DNA of 64,000 nucleotides from an uncultured bacterium (GTDB taxonomy: Bacteria > Patescibacteriota > Patescibacteriia > UBA9570 > XYC2-FULL-38-9). A program made the position numbers and the translations under genes. The notes beneath the pieces are model-generated. The model did not search any database. It had not been told where the DNA came from and saw nothing but the letters and a program-made list of their open reading frames with translations. Position 1 is the first letter of the stretch. Each line of letters opens with the position of its first letter. Location of the stretch: the NCBI GenBank assembly GCA_937996685.1, contig CALKUP010000002.1, positions 177,066-241,065 of the forward strand. The letters run 5' to 3'. Positions 45,938-56,367 of this stretch are shown piece by piece.

Positions 45938-47617
45938 ATGCAAACAGGAAATAACCAATCAGCAACACTCTTCGGTTTCGACGTTCGGGAATCGTTATTT
46001 GCGTTTGCGTTGTTTTTTGTGCTCGGGTTGATTGCGTACGTGCTGCGAGACACGATTACGGTGATACAAGCCGGAACGCTTGTGTTGCTTGCTGGTCTCT
46101 GGTGGCTTGGGATGCGTCATATGCATGTTGCGGTTGTCGCGCTGCTTGTCTGGCTCGTGTTCGAATCTGTGTTATTGCGATTTATTCCGGATCAAAGTTT
46201 TTTGTATATCCGATTTTTCCCTGAAGTGATGACCTATTCAATATTTGTTCGGGTGATATTTGATCGCTTCTTTTTGCCGTTGATTCAACAAGATGCGCAG
46301 CATTTGAGCTCTGCGTTGCTTGGGGTTGGCGCCTTTGAGCGGTTTGATCGTTTGCGTGGCCGATTGCTGTTATCATTAGCGGCGTTATTTTTTATCGCGG
46401 TTTTTTCAATGATCGCAAATGGCGTTGATCCACTCATTGGACTGCTTGGGATTCGCCAAGTTGTTCGTTTTTTGTTCCTGGCGATTATCTTGTTGTATAT
46501 CGATATCCCTACACCATTTTTTGCAAAAGCAGTGCGCGTCTTGTGTATTCTATTCGGAGTGCAAATTGCAATTGGTTTGATTCAATATGCAACTGCTGGA
46601 GCTCTTGACCCGTATTTGATCCCTGCGAAAACGGTTGAATATGGCGGACGTTTTTCTTATGGAGGCGTTGATCAATTTTGGCAACTTGGAACTCGCGTCT
46701 TCGCAACTCTCGGTCGATATGATCGCTTCGGGGCTTTCGCGGGTATTTTTACAACTATTGTTGCTGCAGTTGGTTTGTCTGGCATGTTTTCATTGCGGTA
46801 TGACTTTCCGCTTGCAAAAGAGCGCTATCGTTTCTATCTCGCGCTGACAATTCTCGGTGGTATCGCTGTCTTTTTGTCATCAAGTCGCGCTGCGCTGCTG
46901 GCGTTAATCATTGCGTTGATTTGGCTTGTTGGGGTTGTCTGGCGTCGCAGAGCAGTGCTCTTGTTGAGTGTGATTGGGTTTTTCTCGGTTGTGATCGGAG
47001 CATTTGTCTATGCGCAAATTATCGGAATTGATATTCGCTACGTTGTCGACTCTCCAGATGCGACTGTGTTTGAACGTCTTGTTGAGCCGCTCTCGCAATC
47101 AAGTTTGCAAGGAAATTATGATCACTATGGTCGCACATTTTGGCTTGTTGAAGTGCCGCGAGTGGTGGTTGCGAGTAGTCCAATCTATGGCGTGGGTCCT
47201 GGCATGTTTGGGTCAGGAACGGTTGCGCAGTTTGTGAACAAGGAGGTGTATAATCGATTAGGTTTGCCATACGGCGCGAGCGGCGACATTGGGATTATCG
47301 ATAACAGTTGGTTCGCGTTGTGGGGCGAGCTTGGAACACTTGGCTTGCTTGCGATGATTGCGTTCCTGTGGACTCTGTATCAGCTTTTCGGGCTTGTTCC
47401 GCGCAATACACATGGAACAGGGGAGCAAGGGCGTTTTCTCTATAATGAATATGTATTACTGAGCTCAGGGGCGCAGGCAGCAGTTGTGTATGTCGCGGTT
47501 GTGGCGCTGTTTGCGAATCACTTTGAGTTTCGAACAACTATGCCAGCCTTGTTGGTATTTGGAACGTTATTGTTGCGTGCAAAAATTCAACACGCCTCAG
47601 GTCGGTCAGTGTCGTAA
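45938..47617 (+). CDS. polytopic membrane protein, O-antigen ligase/Wzy_C-like
   Basis: More than 10 TM helices; FLSSSRAALLALIIALIWL resembles the Wzy_C core. Confidence 0.35.
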   Translation: MQTGNNQSATLFGFDVRESLFAFALFFVLGLIAYVLRDTITVIQAGTLVLLAGLWWLGMRHMHVAVVALLVWLVFESVLLRFIPDQSFLYIRFFPEVMTYSIFVRVIFDRFFLPLIQQDAQHLSSALLGVGAFERFDRLRGRLLLSLAALFFIAVFSMIANGVDPLIGLLGIRQVVRFLFLAIILLYIDIPTPFFAKAVRVLCILFGVQIAIGLIQYATAGALDPYLIPAKTVEYGGRFSYGGVDQFWQLGTRVFATLGRYDRFGAFAGIFTTIVAAVGLSGMFSLRYDFPLAKERYRFYLALTILGGIAVFLSSSRAALLALIIALIWLVGVVWRRRAVLLLSVIGFFSVVIGAFVYAQIIGIDIRYVVDSPDATVFERLVEPLSQSSLQGNYDHYGRTFWLVEVPRVVVASSPIYGVGPGMFGSGTVAQFVNKEVYNRLGLPYGASGDIGIIDNSWFALWGELGTLGLLAMIAFLWTLYQLFGLVPRNTHGTGEQGRFLYNEYVLLSSGAQAAVVYVAVVALFANHFEFRTTMPALLVFGTLLLRAKIQHASGRSVS

Positions 47618-47635
47618 GTCTTTTTATTTCTTCTC

Positions 47636-48436
47636 TTATTGATATTCCTTAAACTCTACGCAACCTTTTGATACAAGGTTTTTTGCAACGTCGTATTTAT
47701 ATTTTTTGCCCCAATCAGCAAAGCGATCATTCAAGAGTTTGTCGCGTAGATCAGCGTTATAGGCAGCGCCAATTTCCGCAGCAAACACTGTGCCGCGCTC
47801 ACTGTCTGACAAGGTTTGTTTACTGAAACGATGAGCGACGTAGTCAATGGATGTCACAGATCGGTTTTTCACAATATCTTTATTGAATACTGTCCCGGTA
47901 TATCCAATCAGTTTTTCTTTGCGACTCTCATCACCAAAAATAGTGACAGCGTCATAGTCAATGCCTTTGTCTTTCACAATCGCATAACTGTTATCGATAT
48001 TTTGCCACGTGGTAATCGCGCATTCTTCTTTGTAGAATTTCACACCCTTTTTTTGGAGAGATGCAATATCTGCATATTCATCATAGCCACGATAGAGACT
48101 TTCGGCTTCTGAGAGGTCTTTGTTGTTTGTGTATGAGCCGGTGAAGATAACCGCGACTACATGGTTATTTGTATCGTTGACATACGCGACAGCTTTTTTG
48201 ATATAGTCTTCGTATGATTCGTTTCCAAGAACAGGTGTGCCATAGCCAGGGATAATAACAATGCGTTGTCCGTTTTTATTGAACCGTTTATCAATCTTAT
48301 GCAGTGTGGCTTTTGCTGTATTTTTAATGTCTGCTTTGGAATTCAGACTTTCCGGCAAAATGTCTTTTGCTGTGCAGCCTGAAAGAGTCGCAACAGCGGA
48401 GCAGAAAAAGAGGGCCGTAAGAATGCGGGTTTTCAT
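47636..48436 (-). CDS. DUF218 (YdcF/ElyC-like) lipoprotein
   Basis: Lipobox LSGC; RIVIIPGYGTP...VIFTGSYTN typical of DUF218. Confidence 0.4.
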   Translation of the reverse strand: MKTRILTALFFCSAVATLSGCTAKDILPESLNSKADIKNTAKATLHKIDKRFNKNGQRIVIIPGYGTPVLGNESYEDYIKKAVAYVNDTNNHVVAVIFTGSYTNNKDLSEAESLYRGYDEYADIASLQKKGVKFYKEECAITTWQNIDNSYAIVKDKGIDYDAVTIFGDESRKEKLIGYTGTVFNKDIVKNRSVTSIDYVAHRFSKQTLSDSERGTVFAAEIGAAYNADLRDKLLNDRFADWGKKYKYDVAKNLVSKGCVEFKEYQ

Positions 48437-48445
48437 ACAAGAAGA

Positions 48446-50809
48446 TTAGAGGCCGATTTGGAAAACGTTACCGTTGTCTGTGAGAACAAAGAGTTTTTTG
48501 CCAGCTTCGTCTGCAACGATATCAACAATATTTTCGAATGATTCAGATGTATATTGATTGACGAGTGTGCCTTTTTTATCGAAGACAACGACGCGTTTTT
48601 GTGATGCATCAGCGATGTAGATGTTGCTACTGTTTTCATCTGTTGCGATGCTGACGCCAGAGGTGAGAGCAGGATCAACGGTTCCAAGTGTAAAGTCGGC
48701 TTTTTTACCACCTTCTAATTTTGTGACACTACCATTTTTATTCAAGACATAGACTGCGCCATCAATCGCCATTGCAACGCCATCACGCACAGAAACAGAA
48801 GAGTCAGTGAGCCAGTTTTCGCCACCTTGGAAAACATCGCCGTTTTTACGGTTACGGATAATTTGATTTGCCGCAGCGTCGAGAGTGTAGACACGTGTGC
48901 CACTGAAGACAGTCACGTCAACAATTGATTGTGGAGGAGTTGCGAATGACAGGTTTGCATTTGCGACGGTTGCAGAAACTGGATTGAATGTGCTGACCGT
49001 GTTGTTTGAAACAACGAGTCCAGTTCCAGGAGATGCTTTACTCGCAGCGGTAATAGGCGCGCCGTTATCTGAAATAGTGACACTCACTTCATTGTTTTCT
49101 AGATTGCCACGATAGACAGAGCTGTTGTTTGCATCAAACGCGTAGATAGAAGCGCCGAGCAGCATCATTTGTTTGACGGCAATAGCGCTGCTGATATCAG
49201 AAAATTTGATAGCTGGAGATAACGCACCGAGATCGTTTACTTTATTGCTTTTTTTCAATTCGTCATTCAAGACCTTTTCAATTTCTGCGCCACGTTCTTT
49301 ATATGCTTTTGAGTCTTTTGGAATAGTTGCAAGGAGTGATTTTGCCTCACTGTATTTTGTTTGACTGTCGCCGTTCACTAATTCAGCAGCTTTGCCTTCA
49401 TTGATTTTGACATCAATTTTATTTAAAACTTCAGCGTATTGATCTTGGGTTGAGTCACTTTCATTTGAAAGACTTTTTTTCAAAACAGATTGAGAGAAGA
49501 TGACCAAGACAATCACGGCCATGACAACAAATATTTTTTGCAAGAGAGTGAGTTTTGAGAACCAACGCATTACTGCACTGAAAAAACGAGTAGCAGTTGA
49601 TCGAATTGCCGCACCGTTGATATTTTTCAACGCAGATGCGCCTCCAGTACGATATGAAGAGTTCGGTGTTTTGCCACGTAATCGTTGAATCAGTTTGACG
49701 ATGACTTGCCACGCGCCTTTTCCGAATTGGACAAGGAGGTTCAAGGCACTTGCGCCGATGACGCCAGCTTGTTTTGCAATATTTGCAACAGGAGACTGCG
49801 CAGGACCTTGAGGTTGCAATCGAGTGTTGCTTGCTGCAACGCGATTCATTGGAGCTGCTGATTCTTCTGAAGGTCGCAGAGTTTGCGCAGGCTGAGTGCG
49901 TGGTTTTTCAGGAATGGTATTTTTCCCACCCATCATTGATTGTGCGTATTCAAGAGCTGATTTACGCAGTGTTGGCCAGACAGAAGAGGTCAGAAGCTCA
50001 GCAGTTTCTTGTTCTTTGTTCATTAATGAAGCCATGGAGTCAGTGTCGTGGAGTGTGGGTGAATGAACGGCGCGCTCTGTGTCAGTCGCAATAGAATCTG
50101 GTGTGACAAAGGCTGGTCGTTTTGATTCTGTGCGTTTTAATAAGATCCCGATGAAATTCCGATCGTTTGTATCAATCGAGAGCATGGTTTCAAACTCTGT
50201 TAATGCAGCGATTGAATTGTCTTCACTTAAAATACGACGCACTGTTTCACGACTGAGGTAATCCATCATTCCGTCAGTTGCGAAAAAAATCGAACCCGTT
50301 TCAGGAAGTTGACCTGCGACAACGTTTGTAAAAAATTTCAATGGGTTGAGTTCTGAGACGCGCGCATCTGGTTCAATGATGTCGATCAATTGATCTTTCA
50401 TTGTGAGAAGGCCGAGGACGCTGCCAGAATGTGCAAAGACGAGTTCTGTTCCATGGACAACACCAAAGACCGCGTGACAGTGAGTGAGCCATTCGCTGCC
50501 AACCTCAGAGACGATGGTTGCGATTTGTTCATTCATGCGATGGAGCGCATGTTCGAAAGCGGCTTCTGTTTCAAATTGCTCTGATGCGTAATAGGCGTCA
50601 GAGAGTGCGGCGATTAACAAATCGATAATATGATCATTGTTTTGGCCGGGGAGACCGAGCTCAATAATCGCAAACAGTTTCCCGAGATTTTTTTCTTCCA
50701 GCGGAGTCGGTGTCGCTGTATATAAACGAACACAATTGCGCGAGTCTGCTTTGACAACGCGGAGAAAAAGGGTTTCTGTACTGTTGTTATTCATACCCCC
50801 TTTATACAA
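48446..50809 (-). CDS. PP2C-family Ser/Thr phosphatase - TM - extracytoplasmic NHL/beta-propeller repeat protein
   Basis: N-terminal PPM-like region (..HCHAVFGVVHGTELVFAHSGSVLG...FATDGMMDY); central TM helix (IFVVMAVIVLVIF); C-terminal repeated VY.LD..N / IYIADASQKRVVVFDKKG NHL-like blades. Confidence 0.5.
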   Translation of the reverse strand: MYKGGMNNNSTETLFLRVVKADSRNCVRLYTATPTPLEEKNLGKLFAIIELGLPGQNNDHIIDLLIAALSDAYYASEQFETEAAFEHALHRMNEQIATIVSEVGSEWLTHCHAVFGVVHGTELVFAHSGSVLGLLTMKDQLIDIIEPDARVSELNPLKFFTNVVAGQLPETGSIFFATDGMMDYLSRETVRRILSEDNSIAALTEFETMLSIDTNDRNFIGILLKRTESKRPAFVTPDSIATDTERAVHSPTLHDTDSMASLMNKEQETAELLTSSVWPTLRKSALEYAQSMMGGKNTIPEKPRTQPAQTLRPSEESAAPMNRVAASNTRLQPQGPAQSPVANIAKQAGVIGASALNLLVQFGKGAWQVIVKLIQRLRGKTPNSSYRTGGASALKNINGAAIRSTATRFFSAVMRWFSKLTLLQKIFVVMAVIVLVIFSQSVLKKSLSNESDSTQDQYAEVLNKIDVKINEGKAAELVNGDSQTKYSEAKSLLATIPKDSKAYKERGAEIEKVLNDELKKSNKVNDLGALSPAIKFSDISSAIAVKQMMLLGASIYAFDANNSSVYRGNLENNEVSVTISDNGAPITAASKASPGTGLVVSNNTVSTFNPVSATVANANLSFATPPQSIVDVTVFSGTRVYTLDAAANQIIRNRKNGDVFQGGENWLTDSSVSVRDGVAMAIDGAVYVLNKNGSVTKLEGGKKADFTLGTVDPALTSGVSIATDENSSNIYIADASQKRVVVFDKKGTLVNQYTSESFENIVDIVADEAGKKLFVLTDNGNVFQIGL

Positions 50810-50849
50810 TATTTGAAGGAAAACGACAAGCCGTGTATACTGCTTTTAT

Positions 50850-51485
50850 ATGTTAGAACAACTCTTTGGGTCACGGACCCGCGTGAAACTCCTCCGCTTG
50901 TTTTTTACTCAGCCAGAAGAACGTTATTTTGTGCGTGAACTGACACGGGTGATTGATGAGCAAATTAATTCCGTTCGTCGAGAGCTCCAAAATTTAGAAA
51001 CCATCGGTTTGGTTGTTTCTGATATTGTTGAAAAGAAGAAATATTACACATTAAATCCGGAGTTCCCATTGTTGCATGAATTGCAAGCAGTGATTATGAA
51101 AACTCGCCTTGTCACAGAACAGGCATTCGTGCAGTCTATTCGTGGGCTTGGACCAATTGAATATTTTTCATTGCTTGGGCATTTTGTGCAAGATGATGAC
51201 GCGCCAATTGATTTGTTTATCATCGGGACTGTGAGCAAGACGCGTTTGCAAAAACTGCTCCAACAATTTGAAGAGTTGTTTGGGAAGCAATTGCGCTACA
51301 CCGCACTCTCAAAAGAGGAGTATGAATATCGTGAAGATGTGGCAGATCGTTTCTTGGCTGACATCTTTAATCGTCGCAAAATGGTTGTTGTTGATAAAAT
51401 TAATAGTGGGATGCCAGATAAAGCCGTTGCGACAATGAGTCGTCAATTTGAAGAAGAACAAAATCAACAAAACGAACAATTATAA
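50850..51485 (+). CDS. winged-helix transcriptional regulator-like protein
   Basis: N-terminal wHTH (SRTRVKLLRLFFTQPEERYFVRELTRVIDEQINSVRRELQNLETIGLV). Confidence 0.4.
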   Translation: MLEQLFGSRTRVKLLRLFFTQPEERYFVRELTRVIDEQINSVRRELQNLETIGLVVSDIVEKKKYYTLNPEFPLLHELQAVIMKTRLVTEQAFVQSIRGLGPIEYFSLLGHFVQDDDAPIDLFIIGTVSKTRLQKLLQQFEELFGKQLRYTALSKEEYEYREDVADRFLADIFNRRKMVVVDKINSGMPDKAVATMSRQFEEEQNQQNEQL

Positions 51486-51497
51486 ATCTTACGTACT

Positions 51498-51971
51498 ATG
51501 AAAGAGGAATCAAATACAGAAATAAAAAGTGTTCATCATCATTTAGCGATGGTTTCCCGCGTGAATATGATTTTGAGTATCATTTCATTTGTATTAGTGC
51601 TGTTGTTTGGGGTGTGGTATCTCATGACAAGTGATGATGTGTCTGTGTCACGTTTGTTTGATCGAGCGCGCGGTGCAAGTGAAGCGGTGAGTGATCGCCC
51701 GGCAGTCACAAATACAGCGCCGAGTGCGGACGAGCTGCAAGCAACCTATCGCGCGGATTTGAAAAAAGCCCTCAGTGGATACGGTTTTGATGACAGCGCT
51801 GAGGCTGAAAAACGCTTATATACGGTATTAGAATTGCGTGCACCAGCAGAATTGAAAAATGTGCAACTCGACGTTGTTGTGGCGTTAAATAGTGCAAAAT
51901 CTGGAAATTACGACGACGCGAAAAAACGTATTGCAGACCTGCGCAATAGTTACGCGTGGCTTGCTGAGTAA
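51498..51971 (+). CDS. hypothetical membrane-anchored protein
   Basis: One TM helix; no known domain. Confidence 0.3.
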   Translation: MKEESNTEIKSVHHHLAMVSRVNMILSIISFVLVLLFGVWYLMTSDDVSVSRLFDRARGASEAVSDRPAVTNTAPSADELQATYRADLKKALSGYGFDDSAEAEKRLYTVLELRAPAELKNVQLDVVVALNSAKSGNYDDAKKRIADLRNSYAWLAE

Positions 51972-51977
51972 TTTGCT

Positions 51978-53111
51978 ATGAAAAATGTTACGTTCGTTGC
52001 CCTTGTTATTATTTGTATTGCGACATTTGGTGGCATATTTTTCTTAAATCAACGTCAACCTGCTGTTGTGATTCCAAAAACAACAACAGAGACAGGAGCG
52101 GTTGCGGTCAACACCCCGTCTGGTCAGATTTCGGCGCCACTCAGTGGTCGTGAAATTGCAGCAGTCACTACAACCGGAATAACGCTTCTCGCACCGAATA
52201 CAGAGAAAGTGTCATCTGCAGACGCGCCGTTGTCATATCAAACAATTGGCCATATCGATATCAGTCACACTGTTTCAGCAATTGCATGGAGCGGGGACAC
52301 GTTGTATTGGACAGAGGAGCGGGCAGTGAGCGATAGCGCGAGTGCACAGGGTTCAACGGCATTTGTGTTGGTTGCATGTCGCTTTGAACAACTGAATTGT
52401 TCACCGGTTGATCAAACAATCGTGAAGCATGCGATCGTTCGGATTATTCCTGACACAACAAATACCTTTCTCGGATTACTCGATGACGCGAATGACTTTT
52501 TTGTCTATACAATTGCCCAAGGTGAGATCAAGCGGATTTCACAAGATGTTGTTGGCGCAACATTTTTGCCTGGAAAATTATCAGTCGTTGTCGCGGCAGA
52601 GCAAGAGCCGCAGCCAGTGACAACCTATTATGAGTTATCAAAAACTGCGGAAGTAAAATCAACAACGGTTGTTCCTGGAACATTCGGAGGCTTTGGTGTG
52701 ACTGCGCTCAATGAAGCTGAGGTGCTTGGAGTGTCTTGGGGCAAGGGAGCCGAAGGAGTGGTGCAGCGCTTGCGATTAAGCACGAACACCGTGACTGATA
52801 TTGGATCAGTGACATTCTTGAAAGATGGCGCGACACTGCCGTCTGGTGTGTCTCCATTGCCACAGTTGATTGTGAATCCAAAAAAGACCGATGTACTCGT
52901 TCGGTTACCACGACTCGCGCAAGTGATTTTCACTCTTGAAAGCGCAACAGCGCGTGGCATGACCGAGACAGAGGATTTTGTCGATTTTATTGATGATTCG
53001 TCATACGCAACAATTATTGATAGCACCCTCTTTTCAGTTGGTGTACAATCTGGTATACAAACCCGACTCGCTGGCGATGTTGTCCTCTCAGCCGTGCGAG
53101 CAACCAAATAA
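51978..53111 (+). CDS. hypothetical secreted protein
   Basis: Signal-anchor then Thr/Val-rich beta-rich sequence. Confidence 0.3.
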   Translation: MKNVTFVALVIICIATFGGIFFLNQRQPAVVIPKTTTETGAVAVNTPSGQISAPLSGREIAAVTTTGITLLAPNTEKVSSADAPLSYQTIGHIDISHTVSAIAWSGDTLYWTEERAVSDSASAQGSTAFVLVACRFEQLNCSPVDQTIVKHAIVRIIPDTTNTFLGLLDDANDFFVYTIAQGEIKRISQDVVGATFLPGKLSVVVAAEQEPQPVTTYYELSKTAEVKSTTVVPGTFGGFGVTALNEAEVLGVSWGKGAEGVVQRLRLSTNTVTDIGSVTFLKDGATLPSGVSPLPQLIVNPKKTDVLVRLPRLAQVIFTLESATARGMTETEDFVDFIDDSSYATIIDSTLFSVGVQSGIQTRLAGDVVLSAVRATK

Positions 53112-53113
53112 CT

Positions 53114-53878
53114 ATGATTTTATTCAAACGTCTCATTCCATTTTTTGTCCCAGTTATCTTGATTTATTGCGGGGCACAGCTCACTGCATCTGTTGAACAA
53201 TGGCAAAAATTCCTCTTTATTGGCGCTATTGTCAGTATTTTCGCTGTTTGGCACTTATTGCAATGGCAATTATTGTCACTCGATCGCTGGTGGCAAGCCA
53301 TTCCAGCCTTTTTATGGCTGATTAGTGGCTATGCATTCTTCATTTTTATGGATCAAGGACTATATCAATGGATTTTGATTATTGGACTGCCGATTGTGTT
53401 TGGTCTGTATTTGGAGACATTATTCACATATCTGTATCAACCACATAAATATACCAATTTATTATTGCCAAAATTCTCACAATATTTGATTATTTTGAGT
53501 AGTTTTTTCTCATTTTCTTCAGTATTTGCACTGGTATTGATTAACAAATTCCGCTTGTGGGAGATGTTTTTAGCGGCATTTTTGTATGGTTTACTGACAT
53601 TTGCCCATGTCTTGCGTGGTTTTCACTTATTAGAGCGTAAATATGTGATGCTGATTCTGTGGTTTGGGTTGGTTGTGCTGCAATTAACTGCGGTGATGTA
53701 CTTACTGCCGACCAATTATATCGTTGCCGGCGGGGTATTTGGAGTCTTTTTCTATTCGGTTCCAAGTATCATTGTCATGCAACTCCGTGACGCGGTGGAC
53801 AAAAAGCAGATTTTTCAGTATACTCTTGTAGCTTTTGGAGCGCTTATTGTCACGCTTGTCACAGCTCAATGGCTTTAA
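53114..53878 (+). CDS. hypothetical polytopic membrane protein
   Basis: 7-8 hydrophobic helices. Confidence 0.35.
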   Translation: MILFKRLIPFFVPVILIYCGAQLTASVEQWQKFLFIGAIVSIFAVWHLLQWQLLSLDRWWQAIPAFLWLISGYAFFIFMDQGLYQWILIIGLPIVFGLYLETLFTYLYQPHKYTNLLLPKFSQYLIILSSFFSFSSVFALVLINKFRLWEMFLAAFLYGLLTFAHVLRGFHLLERKYVMLILWFGLVVLQLTAVMYLLPTNYIVAGGVFGVFFYSVPSIIVMQLRDAVDKKQIFQYTLVAFGALIVTLVTAQWL

Positions 53879-53901
53879 AAAACATTTAGATTCCTGATTT
53901 T

Positions 53902-55047
53902 ATGAAACAAGAAGTTGTCCCTACATCACCAAAATCGCAGCATCGTATGAATGCTGATAGTGAACGTCGCACGCGTTCAAGTTCGCCATTATTTCTCACA
54001 ATCCTCTTGAGCGTGGTTGTCAGTTTTGGTGCTGGTATGACTGGTTTTTTTGTGACAACGCTGATTCCGTCAGATACTCCAGTGATTGGTGGGTTGAACT
54101 TGATTGCTACATTGCAAAAAGAGCGGACTGATATCATTCTCTCAACACGAGGCAACGAGCAGTCATTGTTGCAGGAATCTCCAAGTGTGTTGTCTGAAAT
54201 TGCTGGTGTGTATTCCGCGTCTCCAGATATTGAAAAGGCTTCAAACTTTGTTGGGAATAGTGTCGTCGCAACAACAGACGGTTGGTTGGTGATCGCGACA
54301 AGTCTCTTGCCGCAAGATCCTTCCGTCGATGTTCTGAAAGAGTATCGCGTTATTGTAGGTTCCGGTGAAAGTTACACTATCGATAAGCGTATTGACGATG
54401 CATTTTCTGGCGTGTCATTTATTCATATCCCAGCGCAAAATTTGGATGTTGCGACATTCTCAAGTAGTACAACAATTTCCGTTGGTCAGCTCTTGAGTGT
54501 TATTGAAAAACAACTTGGTTCATATGTTGTCTATGAGCGTCGAGCAGCAGGCGAGCTCACACGAGCAAACACAATTCGTTCAACACAAAAATTAGACCAA
54601 TACACAGTGATTGATCCGCAAGATGTTGCGACCACTCGTTCAAGTAGCCCGGTTTATGGCAGTAACGCAGATTTGCTTGGCATCACATTGCAACAAGGCG
54701 TTGTTGTTCCAGCGTCAATTATCTACGGTGGTTTACAATCTGTTGTGTTAAACGGTGAATTAAAACGCCCACAAGCCTCATTCTCATACATCAATAGTAG
54801 TCGGCTGACAGATGCGCAACGTTTGGCGTATACAATCGCACAGCAAGGCATTTACATGTATGACGTGAAACAAGATGGTGGTTCTGGTTTGCAAAAACAA
54901 GATTTTATCACAGCAATCAACGGTGTGAATGTCACAGAAACAACCGATCTCACAACAATGATTCATAGTAAACCAATTGGTACAGAGTTTATCTTTACAG
55001 TATTGCGCGGTGGGCAAACAGTCACTGTCACTTGGAAATCACAATAA
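53902..55047 (+). CDS. membrane-anchored protein with C-terminal PDZ domain
   Basis: TM anchor; C-terminal FITAINGVNVTETTDLTTMIHSKPIGTEFIFTVLRGGQTVTV PDZ-like; no Ser-protease GDSGGP motif found. Confidence 0.35.
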   Translation: MKQEVVPTSPKSQHRMNADSERRTRSSSPLFLTILLSVVVSFGAGMTGFFVTTLIPSDTPVIGGLNLIATLQKERTDIILSTRGNEQSLLQESPSVLSEIAGVYSASPDIEKASNFVGNSVVATTDGWLVIATSLLPQDPSVDVLKEYRVIVGSGESYTIDKRIDDAFSGVSFIHIPAQNLDVATFSSSTTISVGQLLSVIEKQLGSYVVYERRAAGELTRANTIRSTQKLDQYTVIDPQDVATTRSSSPVYGSNADLLGITLQQGVVVPASIIYGGLQSVVLNGELKRPQASFSYINSSRLTDAQRLAYTIAQQGIYMYDVKQDGGSGLQKQDFITAINGVNVTETTDLTTMIHSKPIGTEFIFTVLRGGQTVTVTWKSQ

Positions 55048-55053
55048 GAACGT

Positions 55054-56367
55054 ATGCAGTATTGGTTGATTCCACTTGGCTGCGCGACGAATAAAGCGGA
55101 TGCCGAGCGCATTGCCGCGATGTTAGAGCGTGCTGGTTGCACACCAGCTGCTTCTGAAGACGACGCTGATGTTGTTGGTGTCATTGCGTGTTCGATTCGT
55201 CAAAGCGCGATTGATCGCATTTACAGCAAGATTCATAAGTGGAATAAACGGAAGGCTGAGAAGTCCTTGATTACAATCGTGTCTGGTTGTGTGTTAGATG
55301 CAGACAAAAAAAAGTTTTTGAAATTATTTGATATTGTCTTGCCACTTGAGGAAGTGCCGAAGCTTCCGGAATTGTTGCAAGAATATGGAGCGATGCCAGC
55401 CAGTAGTTTTTGGGATATTACACCAAAGCGTGGTTCACAATTTAAAGCGTTGGTTCCGATTCAAAATGGGTGCGATAAGTTTTGTACGTATTGCGCAGTG
55501 CCGTATACGCGTGGGCGAGAAGTGTCGCGGGCATCTGCAGAAATTTTAGCTGAAGTGCAAGAGTTGGTAGATAGCGGGTATCAGCAGATCACGCTGCTCG
55601 GGCAGAACGTGAATTCATATGGTTTAGATAAGCCGGGGAAAGATGAGCCCGGAAAAGAAGCAGAAGAGCGTGAATTGTCGTTCGCAGAGCTCTTAGATGC
55701 TGTTGGTGAGATTTGCGATGGAGCTGGCCGGCGTGTCTGGGTGCATTATACCTCGCCACATCCGAGAGATATGACCGAAGAGGTGTATCAAGTGCAAGCG
55801 AAACACCCATCACTCGCGAAATATTTGAATTTGCCGATGCAGTCTGGAGATTCAGAAGTATTGAAGCGGATGAATCGTCGGTATTCGATTGAGACGTATA
55901 TGGAAAAGCTCGACATGGCGCGGCGGATTATGCCGGAGATTACCGTGTCGACGGATATTATTGTTGGCTTTTGTGGTGAAACAGAAGAAGAGTTTGAGCA
56001 TACGCGGCAGGCCGTTGCGCGTGGGAAGTTTGATTTGGCGTTTATCGCGCAATATTCACCGCGTCCAGGAGCGGTTGCGGAAAAGCGGTTTGAAGACACT
56101 GTTCCGAAAGCGACAAAGAAAGAGCGACATTTGATTTTGACAGATGATTTAGCGGTTGTTGCGCTGGAGAACAATCAGAAACTGGTTGGAAAGGTGATTC
56201 CCGTGTTGGTTGATAGCAGCTCGCGCAAGAGCGGGAAGATGCTCGGGCGAACGGAAGGGTTGAAGTCTGTGGAATTTGAAAGTTCAGATGAGTCGCTGAT
56301 CGGGCAATTTATTGATATTGAAATTACAGAGTGTGACGCTTGGCGGTTTAAAGGTGTGTTGCGATAA
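55054..56367 (+). CDS. radical-SAM methylthiotransferase (MiaB/RimO/MtaB family)
   Basis: N-terminal MTTase Cys triad, radical-SAM CDKFCTYCAVP, C-terminal TRAM. Confidence 0.7.
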   Translation: MQYWLIPLGCATNKADAERIAAMLERAGCTPAASEDDADVVGVIACSIRQSAIDRIYSKIHKWNKRKAEKSLITIVSGCVLDADKKKFLKLFDIVLPLEEVPKLPELLQEYGAMPASSFWDITPKRGSQFKALVPIQNGCDKFCTYCAVPYTRGREVSRASAEILAEVQELVDSGYQQITLLGQNVNSYGLDKPGKDEPGKEAEERELSFAELLDAVGEICDGAGRRVWVHYTSPHPRDMTEEVYQVQAKHPSLAKYLNLPMQSGDSEVLKRMNRRYSIETYMEKLDMARRIMPEITVSTDIIVGFCGETEEEFEHTRQAVARGKFDLAFIAQYSPRPGAVAEKRFEDTVPKATKKERHLILTDDLAVVALENNQKLVGKVIPVLVDSSSRKSGKMLGRTEGLKSVEFESSDESLIGQFIDIEITECDAWRFKGVLR

